Source: Clostridia bacterium
GTDB lineage: Bacteria; Bacillota; Clostridia; TANB77; CAG-508
Length of the DNA stretch: 64,000 nucleotides
Direction of reading: 5' to 3'
NCBI GenBank assembly: GCA_022793875.1
Contig: JAAWDR010000004.1
Location: forward strand, 4,287-68,286
Positions 1-8,854 of the stretch are shown here, one piece after another (the stretch's first letter is position 1; every line of letters begins with the position of its first letter). Below the pieces are notes generated by a model. That model worked only from the letters and a program-made list of their open reading frames with translations. It did not search any database and had not been told where the DNA came from. The position numbers and the translations under genes were made by a program.

Positions 1-83
1 TTTTCACCTTGAACTTCGTTTACTGAAACAGCATCTTTATTATCAACAAGGTTTAATATTATAGTTTCTATAATTTCTTTCAT
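1..83 (-). CDS. khpA: KH-domain RNA-binding protein KhpA/YlqC, first 27 codons only (gene runs off window start)
   Basis: Reverse complement reads MKEIIETIILNLVDNKDAVSVNEVQGE. It lies directly downstream of rpsP, as in the conserved ffh-rpsP-khpA cluster. Confidence 0.6.
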   Translation of the reverse strand, partial: MKEIIETIILNLVDNKDAVSVNEVQGE

Positions 84-103
84 GTGCATTTCCCTCGTTT
101 CAA

Positions 104-340
104 TTATTTTGCAGCATTTTCAATTAATTTTTTAACTGTATCTGTTGGTTTAGCACCATTTTTTATCCATTGAGCAACTTTTTCTTTATCTAAAACTACT
201 GTAGATGGTTTTGTCATTGGATCATATGTTCCAATTTGTTCAATTATTTTTCCATCTCTTGAAACTCTAGAATCAGCAACTACTATATGATAGAAAGGAG
301 CTTTTTTCTTTCCTTCTCTTTGTAATCTTATTTTTACCAT
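104..340 (-). CDS. rpsP: 30S ribosomal protein S16
   Basis: The 78-aa [34 protein letters not shown] is a typical S16. An SD aaggaggtg lies upstream. Confidence 0.95.
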   Translation of the reverse strand: MVKIRLQREGKKKAPFYHIVVADSRVSRDGKIIEQIGTYDPMTKPSTVVLDKEKVAQWIKNGAKPTDTVKKLIENAAK

Positions 341-504
341 TTTAATTTCACCTCCTTGGGATTAAGGGACGTTCCTTTTTTCCCTTTTTTTAGGGATTCT
401 GGGACAGTCCTATATATATATCGCTTACAGAATTATTTAGTAACTCTGTACAAGTTATCTGCAACTAGCATCTTGCTTGAAACAGCTAACTTAAAAGTTA
501 ATAA

Positions 505-1854
505 CTATATTTTAAAATTTTTAAGTGCATTTTCATCAATGCCATTCATAAACTTCTTCATTCCACCATTACTTTTCATTTGTTTCATCATTTTTTGTGT
601 CATTTCATATGATTTTATGAATTTATTTATGTCTTGAACTGTAGTTCCACTTCCTTTTGCTATTCTTATTCTTCTACTAGCATTTAAAAGTTTGGTATTC
701 TTTTTTTCTTTTTGAGTCATAGAACAAATTATAGCTTCTATTTTAACAAATTCCTTATCATCTATTTTTAAATCTTTAAATTGATTCATTCCAGGAATTA
801 GTTTTAATAGTGATGAAAAAGAACCCATTTTCTTCATTTGTCTTATTTGAGCTAAATAATCATCTAAATCAAGCTCATTCTTTTTCATCTTTTTCTCTAA
901 TTTCTCTGCTTCTTCTAAGTCAAAAGCCTCTTCTGCTTTTTCTATAACTGCTAAAATATCTCCCATTCCTAAAATTCTTGATGCCATTCTTTCTGGATGG
1001 AATATTTCTATATCACTTAATTTTTCACCTATTGCAGCAAATTTGATTGGTCTTCCAGTAACTTTTTTAACTGAAAGTGCTGCACCACCTCTAGTATCAC
1101 CATCTAATTTTGTTAATACTATTCCATCTATTCCAACTTTTTCATTAAATGTTTCTGCAACATTTACTGCTTCTTGACCTGTCATAGAATCTACTACTAA
1201 TAGTATTTCATGAGGTTTTACACTTTTCTTTACATTTTGTAATTCTTCCATTAGCTGTTCATCTATTTGTAAACGTCCAGCTGTATCTAGAATAATTACA
1301 TCATTCAATTTTGACATTGCTACACTTATTGCTTGTTTTGCAATGTGTACAACATCTTTTGATTGCTCATTTGCATATACTGGAATGTTTAGTTGTGAGC
1401 CAACTACTTGTAATTGTCTAATAGCTGCTGGTCTATAAACGTCACATGCTACTAATAATGGCTTTTTACCTTGTTTTCTAAACAAATTTGCAAGTTTTCC
1501 AGCTGTTGTTGTTTTACCTGAACCTTGAAGTCCAACTAACATTATTATTGTTGGCGGATTTGGTGAAAAGTTAACTTTACTTTCTGTTCCACCTAAAAGT
1601 TCAACTAATTCATCTTTTACTATTTTTACTACTTGTTGCCCAGGTGTTAATGATTTTAACACGTCTTGCCCTAATGCTTTTTCTTGTATATTAGCTATAA
1701 ACTCTTTTACTATTTTATAGTTAACATCAGCTTCTAATAGTGCAAGTTTTACTTCTCTTAACATATCTTTTAAATCTGAATCAGTAATTCTTGCTTTTCC
1801 TTTTAACTTTCTGGTTATTTCTTGTAATCTAGAAGATAATCCTTCAAAAGCCAT
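505..1854 (-). CDS. ffh: Signal recognition particle protein Ffh
   Basis: GTPase motifs GLQGSGKTT, DTAGR and TKLD plus a Met-rich M domain. The ORF opens at 1863, but MAFEGLSSRLQ at 1854 has the better SD spacing. Confidence 0.93.
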   Translation of the reverse strand: MAFEGLSSRLQEITRKLKGKARITDSDLKDMLREVKLALLEADVNYKIVKEFIANIQEKALGQDVLKSLTPGQQVVKIVKDELVELLGGTESKVNFSPNPPTIIMLVGLQGSGKTTTAGKLANLFRKQGKKPLLVACDVYRPAAIRQLQVVGSQLNIPVYANEQSKDVVHIAKQAISVAMSKLNDVIILDTAGRLQIDEQLMEELQNVKKSVKPHEILLVVDSMTGQEAVNVAETFNEKVGIDGIVLTKLDGDTRGGAALSVKKVTGRPIKFAAIGEKLSDIEIFHPERMASRILGMGDILAVIEKAEEAFDLEEAEKLEKKMKKNELDLDDYLAQIRQMKKMGSFSSLLKLIPGMNQFKDLKIDDKEFVKIEAIICSMTQKEKKNTKLLNASRRIRIAKGSGTTVQDINKFIKSYEMTQKMMKQMKSNGGMKKFMNGIDENALKNFKI

Positions 1855-1939
1855 ATTTTCCATTCCTTTCTAACAGTATATACCTGTTCTGAAAATTTTC
1901 ATTTGTCATTCGCTAAATAGCAATAGCTTTTTCCTAAAT

Positions 1940-2287
1940 CTATACTAAACAATTCAATTCTTGTTTAATTGATTCCAAGATATTTGCTACTTTCTTATCA
2001 GATGAGTCTCTTTGTATTTTTGCTAATTCTGATAAAACCTTTTTTAGCGTTTCTTCTTGATTTAACATCCTTTTCATAAATAACAACTTTTCTTCATATT
2101 CGAAAAGCTTTTTCTCCCCCTTCTTTATTATGTCTCTAACTGCCTGTCTTGTTATATTATCATTTTCTGCTATTTCTGATAGTGACAAGTCGTTATTATA
2201 GTAGTCATTTAAGATTTTAAATTGTTTTTCAGTTAATAATTTGCCATATAAATCGCATAATATACTTATTTCCACTTTTTTATCCAT
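1940..2287 (-). CDS. ylxM: UPF0122/YlxM-type helix-turn-helix protein
   Basis: 115 aa with HTH LSLSEIAENDNITRQAVRDIIKK, immediately upstream of ffh as in Firmicutes. Confidence 0.85.
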   Translation of the reverse strand: MDKKVEISILCDLYGKLLTEKQFKILNDYYNNDLSLSEIAENDNITRQAVRDIIKKGEKKLFEYEEKLLFMKRMLNQEETLKKVLSELAKIQRDSSDKKVANILESIKQELNCLV

Positions 2288-2520
2288 AAATACTACCTCT
2301 TTTAAAAATGTAATGCTAATATACTTTACACTATTTTTGTTAATTTGTCAATAGTTTTAGAGAAAATATTCATATTTTGTTGTATTTATTAGTGTAATAT
2401 GTTATACTGCTCTATGTAATTATTTCATTATTTTAATTCGCACTATAATTCTATAGTAAATTTTTTCAAATATATTGAATTCTAAGATTAACAATGCTAT
2501 AATAAAGGAGGTGATAATTT

Positions 2521-2787
2521 TTGCCAATTGTCTCACAATTTTATGGTATAATAATTAGTATGTTTTTCAACGATATTGATAAACATCATTTGCCACATAT
2601 TCATGTTCATTATGCAGAATATCGATGTACTTTTGATTTTAAAGGAAACATATTATCTGGAAGCATTCCAAATAAACAAAAAAAGTTAGTTGAAGCTTGG
2701 ATAGAAATTAGAAAAGAAGACTTAATAACTTTATGGAATATGCTTCAAAATGGAAATGGAAGCTTTACTATCGAACCTTTAAAATAA
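2521..2787 (+). CDS. DUF4160 family protein
   Basis: TTG start after aaaggaggtg. Carries the FYGIIISMF..D..HHLPHIHVHYAEY signature. Confidence 0.7.
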   Translation: MPIVSQFYGIIISMFFNDIDKHHLPHIHVHYAEYRCTFDFKGNILSGSIPNKQKKLVEAWIEIRKEDLITLWNMLQNGNGSFTIEPLK

Positions 2788-2808
2788 GTTTTATGTAGGG
2801 GGATTTTT

Positions 2809-3090
2809 ATGGAAAATGAAATAGAAGACTTACCTATTGAGGTAAAAGCATTAGAAAATTTTTTGTTATATATCAAATTTAAAAATGGAGAAGAAAAAAT
2901 ATATGATATGAAAGAAATGTTAAAATTTGACTTTTACAAAAATTTAAGAAATAGAGAAAATTTCAAAAATGTAAAAGTTTATGGAATAACTTTAAAATGG
3001 AGTACTGGTGAAGATATTGCACCAGAAAAAATCTATTTTAACAGCATTCCAATTCAAGAATTTAAATCTGAAATAGAAGAAATGAAATAA
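2809..3090 (+). CDS. DUF2442 family protein
   Basis: 93 aa with pattern YIKFKNGEEKIYDMKEML...F..V.V.G.TLKWSTGEDIAPEKIY. It is the usual partner gene of DUF4160. Confidence 0.7.
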   Translation: MENEIEDLPIEVKALENFLLYIKFKNGEEKIYDMKEMLKFDFYKNLRNRENFKNVKVYGITLKWSTGEDIAPEKIYFNSIPIQEFKSEIEEMK

Positions 3091-3157
3091 TTATTAAAAG
3101 AAGATTATATACTATGAAGCCATTAAAACTCTCATACTATATAATCTTCTTTACATT

Positions 3158-3919
3158 CTATTTTTCAATTTTTCTCTTTTGAACCATATAAGTAATTTTA
3201 GAAATAAAGCCACTTGGAACAAAATGACTAAAAAATATCCCTAATTTTACATCTAGTCCTGGAATAATATAAAATTTTCCTTTTAAAAGTTTTTCTATCG
3301 CATATTTAGCAACATTATAACAATTAGCCTCTCTCATATGAAATTTTACATTTGCAACTTTATTAAAATTAGTTTCTACTGGTCCAGGACACAAAATACT
3401 AATTTGAACATTAGACTTCTCCTTTTTCAGCTCTTCTCTAATTGCCTCTGATAACCTAACCACATAAGCTTTAGTAGAATAATATGTAGCCATCAAAGGT
3501 CCTGGCATAAACCCTGCAATAGATGCAACATTTAAAATCTTACCACTATTTTTAGCCTTCATATCAATTAAATACAACTTAGTTAATATATGATAAGCAA
3601 CAATATTTGTTTTTATCATATTCAATTCTTTATTTAAATCTGTTTTTGTAAAATTACCACAATCTCCAAATCCTGCATTATTAATTAAGATATCCACATC
3701 TGATACACATCTGTGTAATTCATTACAATTCTCCTCTAATGCTAAATCCATTGTAATAACTTGTACTTTAGTCTTATCCTTTTCTTGCAATTCTTCTGCT
3801 AATTCATTTAACTTATTTTCATCTCTTGCAACTAAAACTAACTCATATCCTTTTTTACTTAATATTCTTGCCATATCTCTTCCTATACCTGATGATGCAC
3901 CAGTAATTAATGCTTTCAT
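3158..3919 (-). CDS. Short-chain dehydrogenase/reductase (SDR) family oxidoreductase
   Basis: Motifs TGASSGIG, NNAG and YYSTK (YxxxK). The real start is MKALITG at 3919 with SD aaaggag; the upstream 11 codons of the ORF lie inside a repeat hairpin. Confidence 0.9.
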   Translation of the reverse strand: MKALITGASSGIGRDMARILSKKGYELVLVARDENKLNELAEELQEKDKTKVQVITMDLALEENCNELHRCVSDVDILINNAGFGDCGNFTKTDLNKELNMIKTNIVAYHILTKLYLIDMKAKNSGKILNVASIAGFMPGPLMATYYSTKAYVVRLSEAIREELKKEKSNVQISILCPGPVETNFNKVANVKFHMREANCYNVAKYAIEKLLKGKFYIIPGLDVKLGIFFSHFVPSGFISKITYMVQKRKIEK

Positions 3920-3929
3920 ATATACTCCT

Positions 3930-3961
3930 TTGAGACAGTTGGGACAGTCCAAAGTTGTCTC
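3930..3961. repeat. 32-bp hairpin repeat TGAGACAGTTGGGACAGTCCAAAGTTGTCTCA (copy 1)
   Basis: A 7-bp stem TGAGACA/TGTCTCA encloses the near-palindrome TTGGGACAGTCCAAA. It matches the reverse complement of 4021-4052 at 31 of 32 positions. Confidence 0.8.
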
Positions 3962-4020
3962 ATTTTATTTGTTATTTTTTGTAGAAATTTATCTTTTTCG
4001 ACATTTTTTGATAAAATTAG

Positions 4021-4052
4021 TGAGACAAATTTGGACTGTCCCAACTGTCTCA
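4021..4052. repeat. 32-bp hairpin repeat (copy 2), overlaps the stop codon of the oapA-like gene
   Basis: TGAGACAAATTTGGACTGTCCCAACTGTCTCA, an inverted copy of 3930-3961 lying 59 bp away. Confidence 0.8.
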
Positions 4053-4595
4053 CTTCTTACTAAATTTATTTAATACAATTCCAACTTTATGAACAATTGC
4101 TGTAGAGTTTTTATTTGCAACTTCTTTACCAAGAGCTTTTCCTCCAACAGTTATTGCTGAAACTAAAGCACTTAATATGTATTGTATATCAAATGGTAAT
4201 TTAATTTCACTACCTATTTTTATTGCAATTAAAGCTCCTATAGCACCACTTAATACTCCGCATATATCTCCTATAACATCAGCACAAATATTTGCAACTC
4301 TTGGGGCATTTTTTATTAGTTTTATTGAATCTTTTGAACCTTGAACTTTTTTTGTTGCCTTAGCATGAAATTCATCTATGTTTGCTACAGTAACTGCTAC
4401 CCCTATTATATCAAATACTATTCCTATACCTATTACTAATACTAATATTAATATTGCTGGTATTAAGCTCAAATTTGACACTCCATTAGTTGATATATAA
4501 GAAAAAACTACTGATAATACAAATGTCATAATAAATACTTGTATAAACCATTTTCTATTCGAGTGTTCTTTTGTAATTTCTTGTTTCTTATCCAC
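4050..4595 (-). CDS. oapA: Small polytopic membrane protein, OLE-associated protein A (OapA)-like
   Basis: 181 aa (~20 kDa), about 4 TM segments, Asp motifs FDIIG and ADVIGD, GTG start after aaagaggt. It sits directly downstream of a ~620-nt ORF-free structured region on the same strand. Confidence 0.55.
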   Translation of the reverse strand: MDKKQEITKEHSNRKWFIQVFIMTFVLSVVFSYISTNGVSNLSLIPAILILVLVIGIGIVFDIIGVAVTVANIDEFHAKATKKVQGSKDSIKLIKNAPRVANICADVIGDICGVLSGAIGALIAIKIGSEIKLPFDIQYILSALVSAITVGGKALGKEVANKNSTAIVHKVGIVLNKFSKK

Positions 4596-4617
4596 TTTTA
4601 ACCTCTTTCAATAAATT

Positions 4618-5238
4618 AAGGTAAGCACTTTAAGGCTTACCTTCTACTTTTAACTTAATTTTGTTTTGATGGTAAAAATCTAAGTAAATTTTACGGTTTA
4701 GGTCTAGTTGAATTTCTCTATCTCCCGCTTAACATTACTGTTATAGCTGTTTCCATTTAAGGGAAATAACTAATTTATTAATTAGTCACCAGATCGCCAC
4801 TCAAATCCGTACCTTAATCCTTAGATTTTCAAGCTTTATGATTAAAGCAAACATTCTAGAAGTTTTCCTTGACATACTTTTACAAATCTACTAGTCTATT
4901 TTGCAAGTGAAATTTCATACTTTAAAAATAACATCTATTTGGCCGAAATATCAATTATTTTCGATAAAAATAATCCCAATACACTCACTCGAGACAGGCT
5001 ACACTATGTATTTTGTGTCTTGGCACTCAACATAGGTTTAACTTAAACTCTATTTAAGCCTCCGCGAAACTAGGGAATCATATATATGCCATTACATACT
5101 ACCCTAACTCCTTTACTCCCTGAATACACACAAAACTGGCATTTCGCGCACAAACAAGAAACTTCAACGATGTGCCCTTTAGTGGATTTTTAGCCCCACC
5201 CTCGTAAATTTAAGTACGACTAGAATAATGCACCATCA
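4618..5238 (-). ncRNA. ole: Large structured non-coding RNA, probable OLE (ornate large extremophilic) RNA
   Basis: No ORF in any frame. GC-rich islands in an AT-rich genome with many complementary segments. Bounded by a strong promoter (5245-5273) and a hairpin (4618-4643). The ~620 nt length and the OapA-like gene immediately 3' both fit OLE. Confidence 0.5.
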
Positions 5239-5244
5239 ATATAT

Positions 5245-5273
5245 ATTATACCAAATTTTGAAAAAAATACCAA
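5245..5273 (-). promoter_or_regulatory. Sigma-A type promoter driving the large ncRNA
   Basis: The minus strand reads TTGGTA, a 17-nt spacer, then TGgTATAAT (extended -10). Confidence 0.6.
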
Positions 5274-5365
5274 TTTCATTTCTTTTTATTTTTTGTATTC
5301 TTTATCGAATTGTCGTAGAATATATTTACTTTTCTCTTCTAAGCTTTCTAAATCTCTTTTTTTCT

Positions 5366-5980
5366 TTATCTTTCTTCATCATAGATATTTTCTTTTGGTT
5401 GTATATAATCTATTATCTCATTTACACATTCTTGTAAGTCCATATTATAAAATTTCTTTTTAATTTGTGCTTTTTCTAAATTTTCTTCTGAAAAGTCTTT
5501 ACTATCAGCAATAAATCTTCTACACATTTCTGTATATTTAGGTTGTTTTTGTCTTTCTTCCCTTTCAATAGCTCTTCTTAATCTAATATTATCAGGAACT
5601 TCTATATATATTGGTACTATATCTACATCTCTATCATCTACAAAATTTTCTTTTATTTTCATATATGATTCTAAAGTCCCTAACATTAACATATCTTTAT
5701 TACTATTAAACTGTTCATCATTAATTGTTGCATATATCCATGGTCCATATTCAGTTTGATATGTTCTGTATTCTATTACACTTTGTTCTTTTTTTCCATC
5801 GATATATTCTTGCATCTGTTCTTTGCTTACAAAATTGTATGTTACTCCATCAACTTCTCCATCTCTAATAGGTCTTGTTGCATACATTACATATGTATTT
5901 ACATCCATTTTTTGCTTTAGTATATTATAAATAGTATCTTTTCCCGTTGAACTCTTTCCCATCATATATATTAATTTCAT
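5366..5980 (-). CDS. Guanylate kinase-like P-loop protein
   Basis: P-loop GKSSTGKDT and ATRPIRDGEVDGVTYNFVS (the GK TTR..R.GE.DG..Y.F motif). Confidence 0.7.
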   Translation of the reverse strand: MKLIYMMGKSSTGKDTIYNILKQKMDVNTYVMYATRPIRDGEVDGVTYNFVSKEQMQEYIDGKKEQSVIEYRTYQTEYGPWIYATINDEQFNSNKDMLMLGTLESYMKIKENFVDDRDVDIVPIYIEVPDNIRLRRAIEREERQKQPKYTEMCRRFIADSKDFSEENLEKAQIKKKFYNMDLQECVNEIIDYIQPKENIYDEER

Positions 5981-6127
5981 ATTTTAACCCCTTCCATTTG
6001 GATTATACTATCAAAATTCTTTTATTTCAACAATTTTACTAGATTTTTTTACTTTTTTATGATATAATAATTGTACTTTTATTTACAAAAAACACAACAA
6101 ATATCATAAATCTTAAGGAGGTAATGT

Positions 6128-7333
6128 ATGAAAAAATTTGAAAACTATGCAGCAGTGTCAACAAATCCTAAATGGGATAATATGACTAAAAGAGAAAATT
6201 ACCTTTATCAAAGAAGCAACGATATGAGAAGCCCTTTTCAGAGAGATTACACAAGAATAATACACAGTAATGGTTACAGAAGATTAAAACACAAAACGCA
6301 AGTATTTTTTTCACCTGAAAATGATCACATCTGTACAAGAATAGAACATGTTACTCATGTTGAATCTATAAGCTATACAATTGCAAAAAATTTGGGATTA
6401 AATACCGAATTAACAAAAGCGATTTCCGTAGCTCATGATATGGGCCATAGTGCATTTGGCCATACAGGTGAAAATATCTTATCACAAATCTCTAAAAGAG
6501 ATATTGGTATTCCATTCTGGCATGAACAAAATGGCTTAAATTTAGTTGATAATCTTGAATTATTAGAAGATAACAGTGGATTTATGCAAAATCTAAATTT
6601 AACATATGCTGTTAGAGATGGAATAATTTCACATTGTGGAGAAATTGATGAAAATTATTTAAAACCTAGAGCAGAATTCATTGATTTAAAGGATTATACT
6701 TCTCCTAACAAATATGCTCCATATACTTGGGAGGGATGTGTAGTAAAAATAGCTGACAAAATATCTTATATATGTCGTGATATTGAAGATGCTATTACTT
6801 TAGGAATTTTAGATGGTCATTTGGAAGAATTATATCATCTTTTAAATATTGATGTAGATGACGAGCCTATAAATAATACTGTTATAACCAATACTTTAAT
6901 TCATGATTTATGTGAAAATTCTTCTCCTGAAGTAGGATTACATTTTTCAGAAAAATCTTTAAATCTTATGAATGAAATTAAAAGATTTAACTACAAAAAT
7001 ATTTATGGATGTCCTAGAATTAAACCATCAAATAGATTTTTTAACATTGTTATTAATGAAATCTATGATTTATTAAAATCAACATATGATGGTTCAAACA
7101 CCTTAAATAATTTGAAATCCTTAATAAAGACTTATCCAAAACTGTGTACATCATTTATTAGTTTTATGCAGAATTATTACGATTTTAATAACAGAGATGA
7201 ACTAAAACTAAAAAACAAAGTTTTATTTTCAATTGATAATCCGACTGATTTTTATAAGTCCATTATTTACTTTATTTCTGGTATGACTGATAATTTTGCT
7301 ATTGAAATTTATAATGAAATTATTCACTTCTAA
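6128..7333 (+). CDS. dgt: dGTP triphosphohydrolase-like HD-domain protein
   Basis: FQRDYTRIIHS..YRRLKHKTQVF, RIEHVTHV and VAHDMGHSAFGH are typical of dGTPase-like HD phosphohydrolases. Confidence 0.85.
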   Translation: MKKFENYAAVSTNPKWDNMTKRENYLYQRSNDMRSPFQRDYTRIIHSNGYRRLKHKTQVFFSPENDHICTRIEHVTHVESISYTIAKNLGLNTELTKAISVAHDMGHSAFGHTGENILSQISKRDIGIPFWHEQNGLNLVDNLELLEDNSGFMQNLNLTYAVRDGIISHCGEIDENYLKPRAEFIDLKDYTSPNKYAPYTWEGCVVKIADKISYICRDIEDAITLGILDGHLEELYHLLNIDVDDEPINNTVITNTLIHDLCENSSPEVGLHFSEKSLNLMNEIKRFNYKNIYGCPRIKPSNRFFNIVINEIYDLLKSTYDGSNTLNNLKSLIKTYPKLCTSFISFMQNYYDFNNRDELKLKNKVLFSIDNPTDFYKSIIYFISGMTDNFAIEIYNEIIHF

Positions 7334-7384
7334 GATTTATTTTTTGTAATAATTTTATAAAAATATGTAAAATTATATTAAAAT

Positions 7385-7414
7385 GTTGATATGGTAAAAT
7401 ATTACCATATCAAC
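7385..7414. terminator. Bidirectional hairpin between convergent dgt and symporter genes
   Basis: GTTGATATGGTAA aatat TTACCATATCAAC followed by a T-run. Confidence 0.6.
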
Positions 7415-7450
7415 ACTTTTCTTAAATCTTTATTTTCTATTCTTAACTAA

Positions 7451-8698
7451 TTATTTTCTCATCCATTCTTTACCATCAACCATTCTAGCAACCATCATTG
7501 AAGAAACATCATCTCCAACAACATTTAAAACAGTTGCAGGTGCATCTATTATTGTCGCAATTATTGTTAAAATTGGTAATGCACTAACTGGATAGCCCAT
7601 CATTGTTAATATAAGCATTTCTGAAATTGTTCCTCCACCAATTGGAACTGCTGTTATTAATAAGTTTGCTATTAATGCAACTCCTAATACTCCAAATATT
7701 TCTCCTGCTGTTGCTAAACTTGTTCCAAATAGTCCAACTAAAAACATTATTTTAAATACTGAACCAATTACAGAACCATCTTTATGGAAGCTTGTTCCTA
7801 ATGGTATAGTTGTTTCTGCTATATCTTCTGGAACTCCCATCTTTTCAGCTGATTTAATATTTACTGGTATACATGCTGCACTTGAACATGTTCCTAAAGC
7901 TGTAAGTGTTGCTGGTATAACATTTTTCCAGAAGGCCACTATTCCTTTCTTTCCTCCTGCTATAAAAGCATATACAGTATAAACTACAAAGTAAAATAGT
8001 AATGACACTATTAAGTATACTATAAATGTTTTTAAGTATCCTACAGCTATTGTACTTCCAAAAGTACCTATAAATGATGCCATGTAACATCCTAAACCTA
8101 TTGGTGCATAGTACATTATTATTTTCACTATATTTTCCATAACAACATTTGCTGATTCTAATACTTTCCTAAATGTCTCTCCTTTTTCTCCTGACATGTT
8201 AATTGCAATTCCTACTATTATTGAAAATACTAAAAGTGCAATTACATTGTCTTTAGATAATAATTTTGAAAAATCATTTACTGTAATTAATTTTACAGTT
8301 CTATCAGCTATTGATACTTCTTCTTCGTCTCCTTCTTCATCTGTCACTTCTTCTAGTGATGCTCTTATTTCTTCTCCATCTTTGCTATTGACAAGTTTTA
8401 CAAAGTATGAACTTGCAAATCCTATTAATACTGCAATTATTGATGTTATTAAAAATACCGCAATTATTGATACAAGTATCTTTCCTAGTCTTTTGGGTTG
8501 TTTCATTTTTGATATTGCTGTTGTTATATTTAAAAATATTAGTGGGATAATTATAACTAATAATAGATTTAAGAATATGTCCCCTAAAGGACTTAATATA
8601 GTTGCTTTTTCTTTGAACACAAGTCCAATGACACTACCAACAATTATAGCAACTAATAAAATAATTGTTGATTTGTAATTTGATAAAAATTTTTTCAT
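7451..8698 (-). CDS. Dicarboxylate/amino acid:cation symporter (DAACS family)
   Basis: 415 aa and polytopic, with LGTCSSAACIPV and TTIPLGTSFHKDGS motifs. Confidence 0.85.
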   Translation of the reverse strand: MKKFLSNYKSTIILLVAIIVGSVIGLVFKEKATILSPLGDIFLNLLLVIIIPLIFLNITTAISKMKQPKRLGKILVSIIAVFLITSIIAVLIGFASSYFVKLVNSKDGEEIRASLEEVTDEEGDEEEVSIADRTVKLITVNDFSKLLSKDNVIALLVFSIIVGIAINMSGEKGETFRKVLESANVVMENIVKIIMYYAPIGLGCYMASFIGTFGSTIAVGYLKTFIVYLIVSLLFYFVVYTVYAFIAGGKKGIVAFWKNVIPATLTALGTCSSAACIPVNIKSAEKMGVPEDIAETTIPLGTSFHKDGSVIGSVFKIMFLVGLFGTSLATAGEIFGVLGVALIANLLITAVPIGGGTISEMLILTMMGYPVSALPILTIIATIIDAPATVLNVVGDDVSSMMVARMVDGKEWMRK

Positions 8699-8854
8699 AA
8701 TACTACCTTTCTCTCCGCTTCATTTCGTTCATTGTAATTTTGGGAGATTTTTATTTTAAGGTAACTCGAAATATAATTATATTTTGAGGATTTGTTCCAT
8801 TATATAGAAAAATATTCTAAATATCAAGTATTTAGAACATTTTTTATATAATTT

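Noticed and set aside
356-637. Plus-strand ORFs 356-637 and 5228-5437, and minus-strand ORF 57562-57804.
   Set aside because: They span intergenic repeats or promoters, or overlap better-supported genes. They are hydrophobic low-complexity translations typical of AT-rich non-coding sequence.
4618-5238. Alternative identities for the ORF-free structured region: ORF-less group II intron (the minus strand contains GTGCGCG at about 5150), RNase P RNA, tmRNA.
   Set aside because: No domain-V-like AGC...GAAA...hairpin near the 3' end and no flanking exon continuity. No GGAAAGTCCGG-type RNase P core. No tRNA-like 3' end or tag ORF. The size and the downstream OapA-like gene fit OLE better. This remains to be tested by cmsearch.
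7854-8678. ORFs 7854-8090 (minus) and 8196-8678 (plus) within the symporter gene.
   Set aside because: They are out-of-frame or antisense to a full-length DAACS transporter gene with intact motifs.
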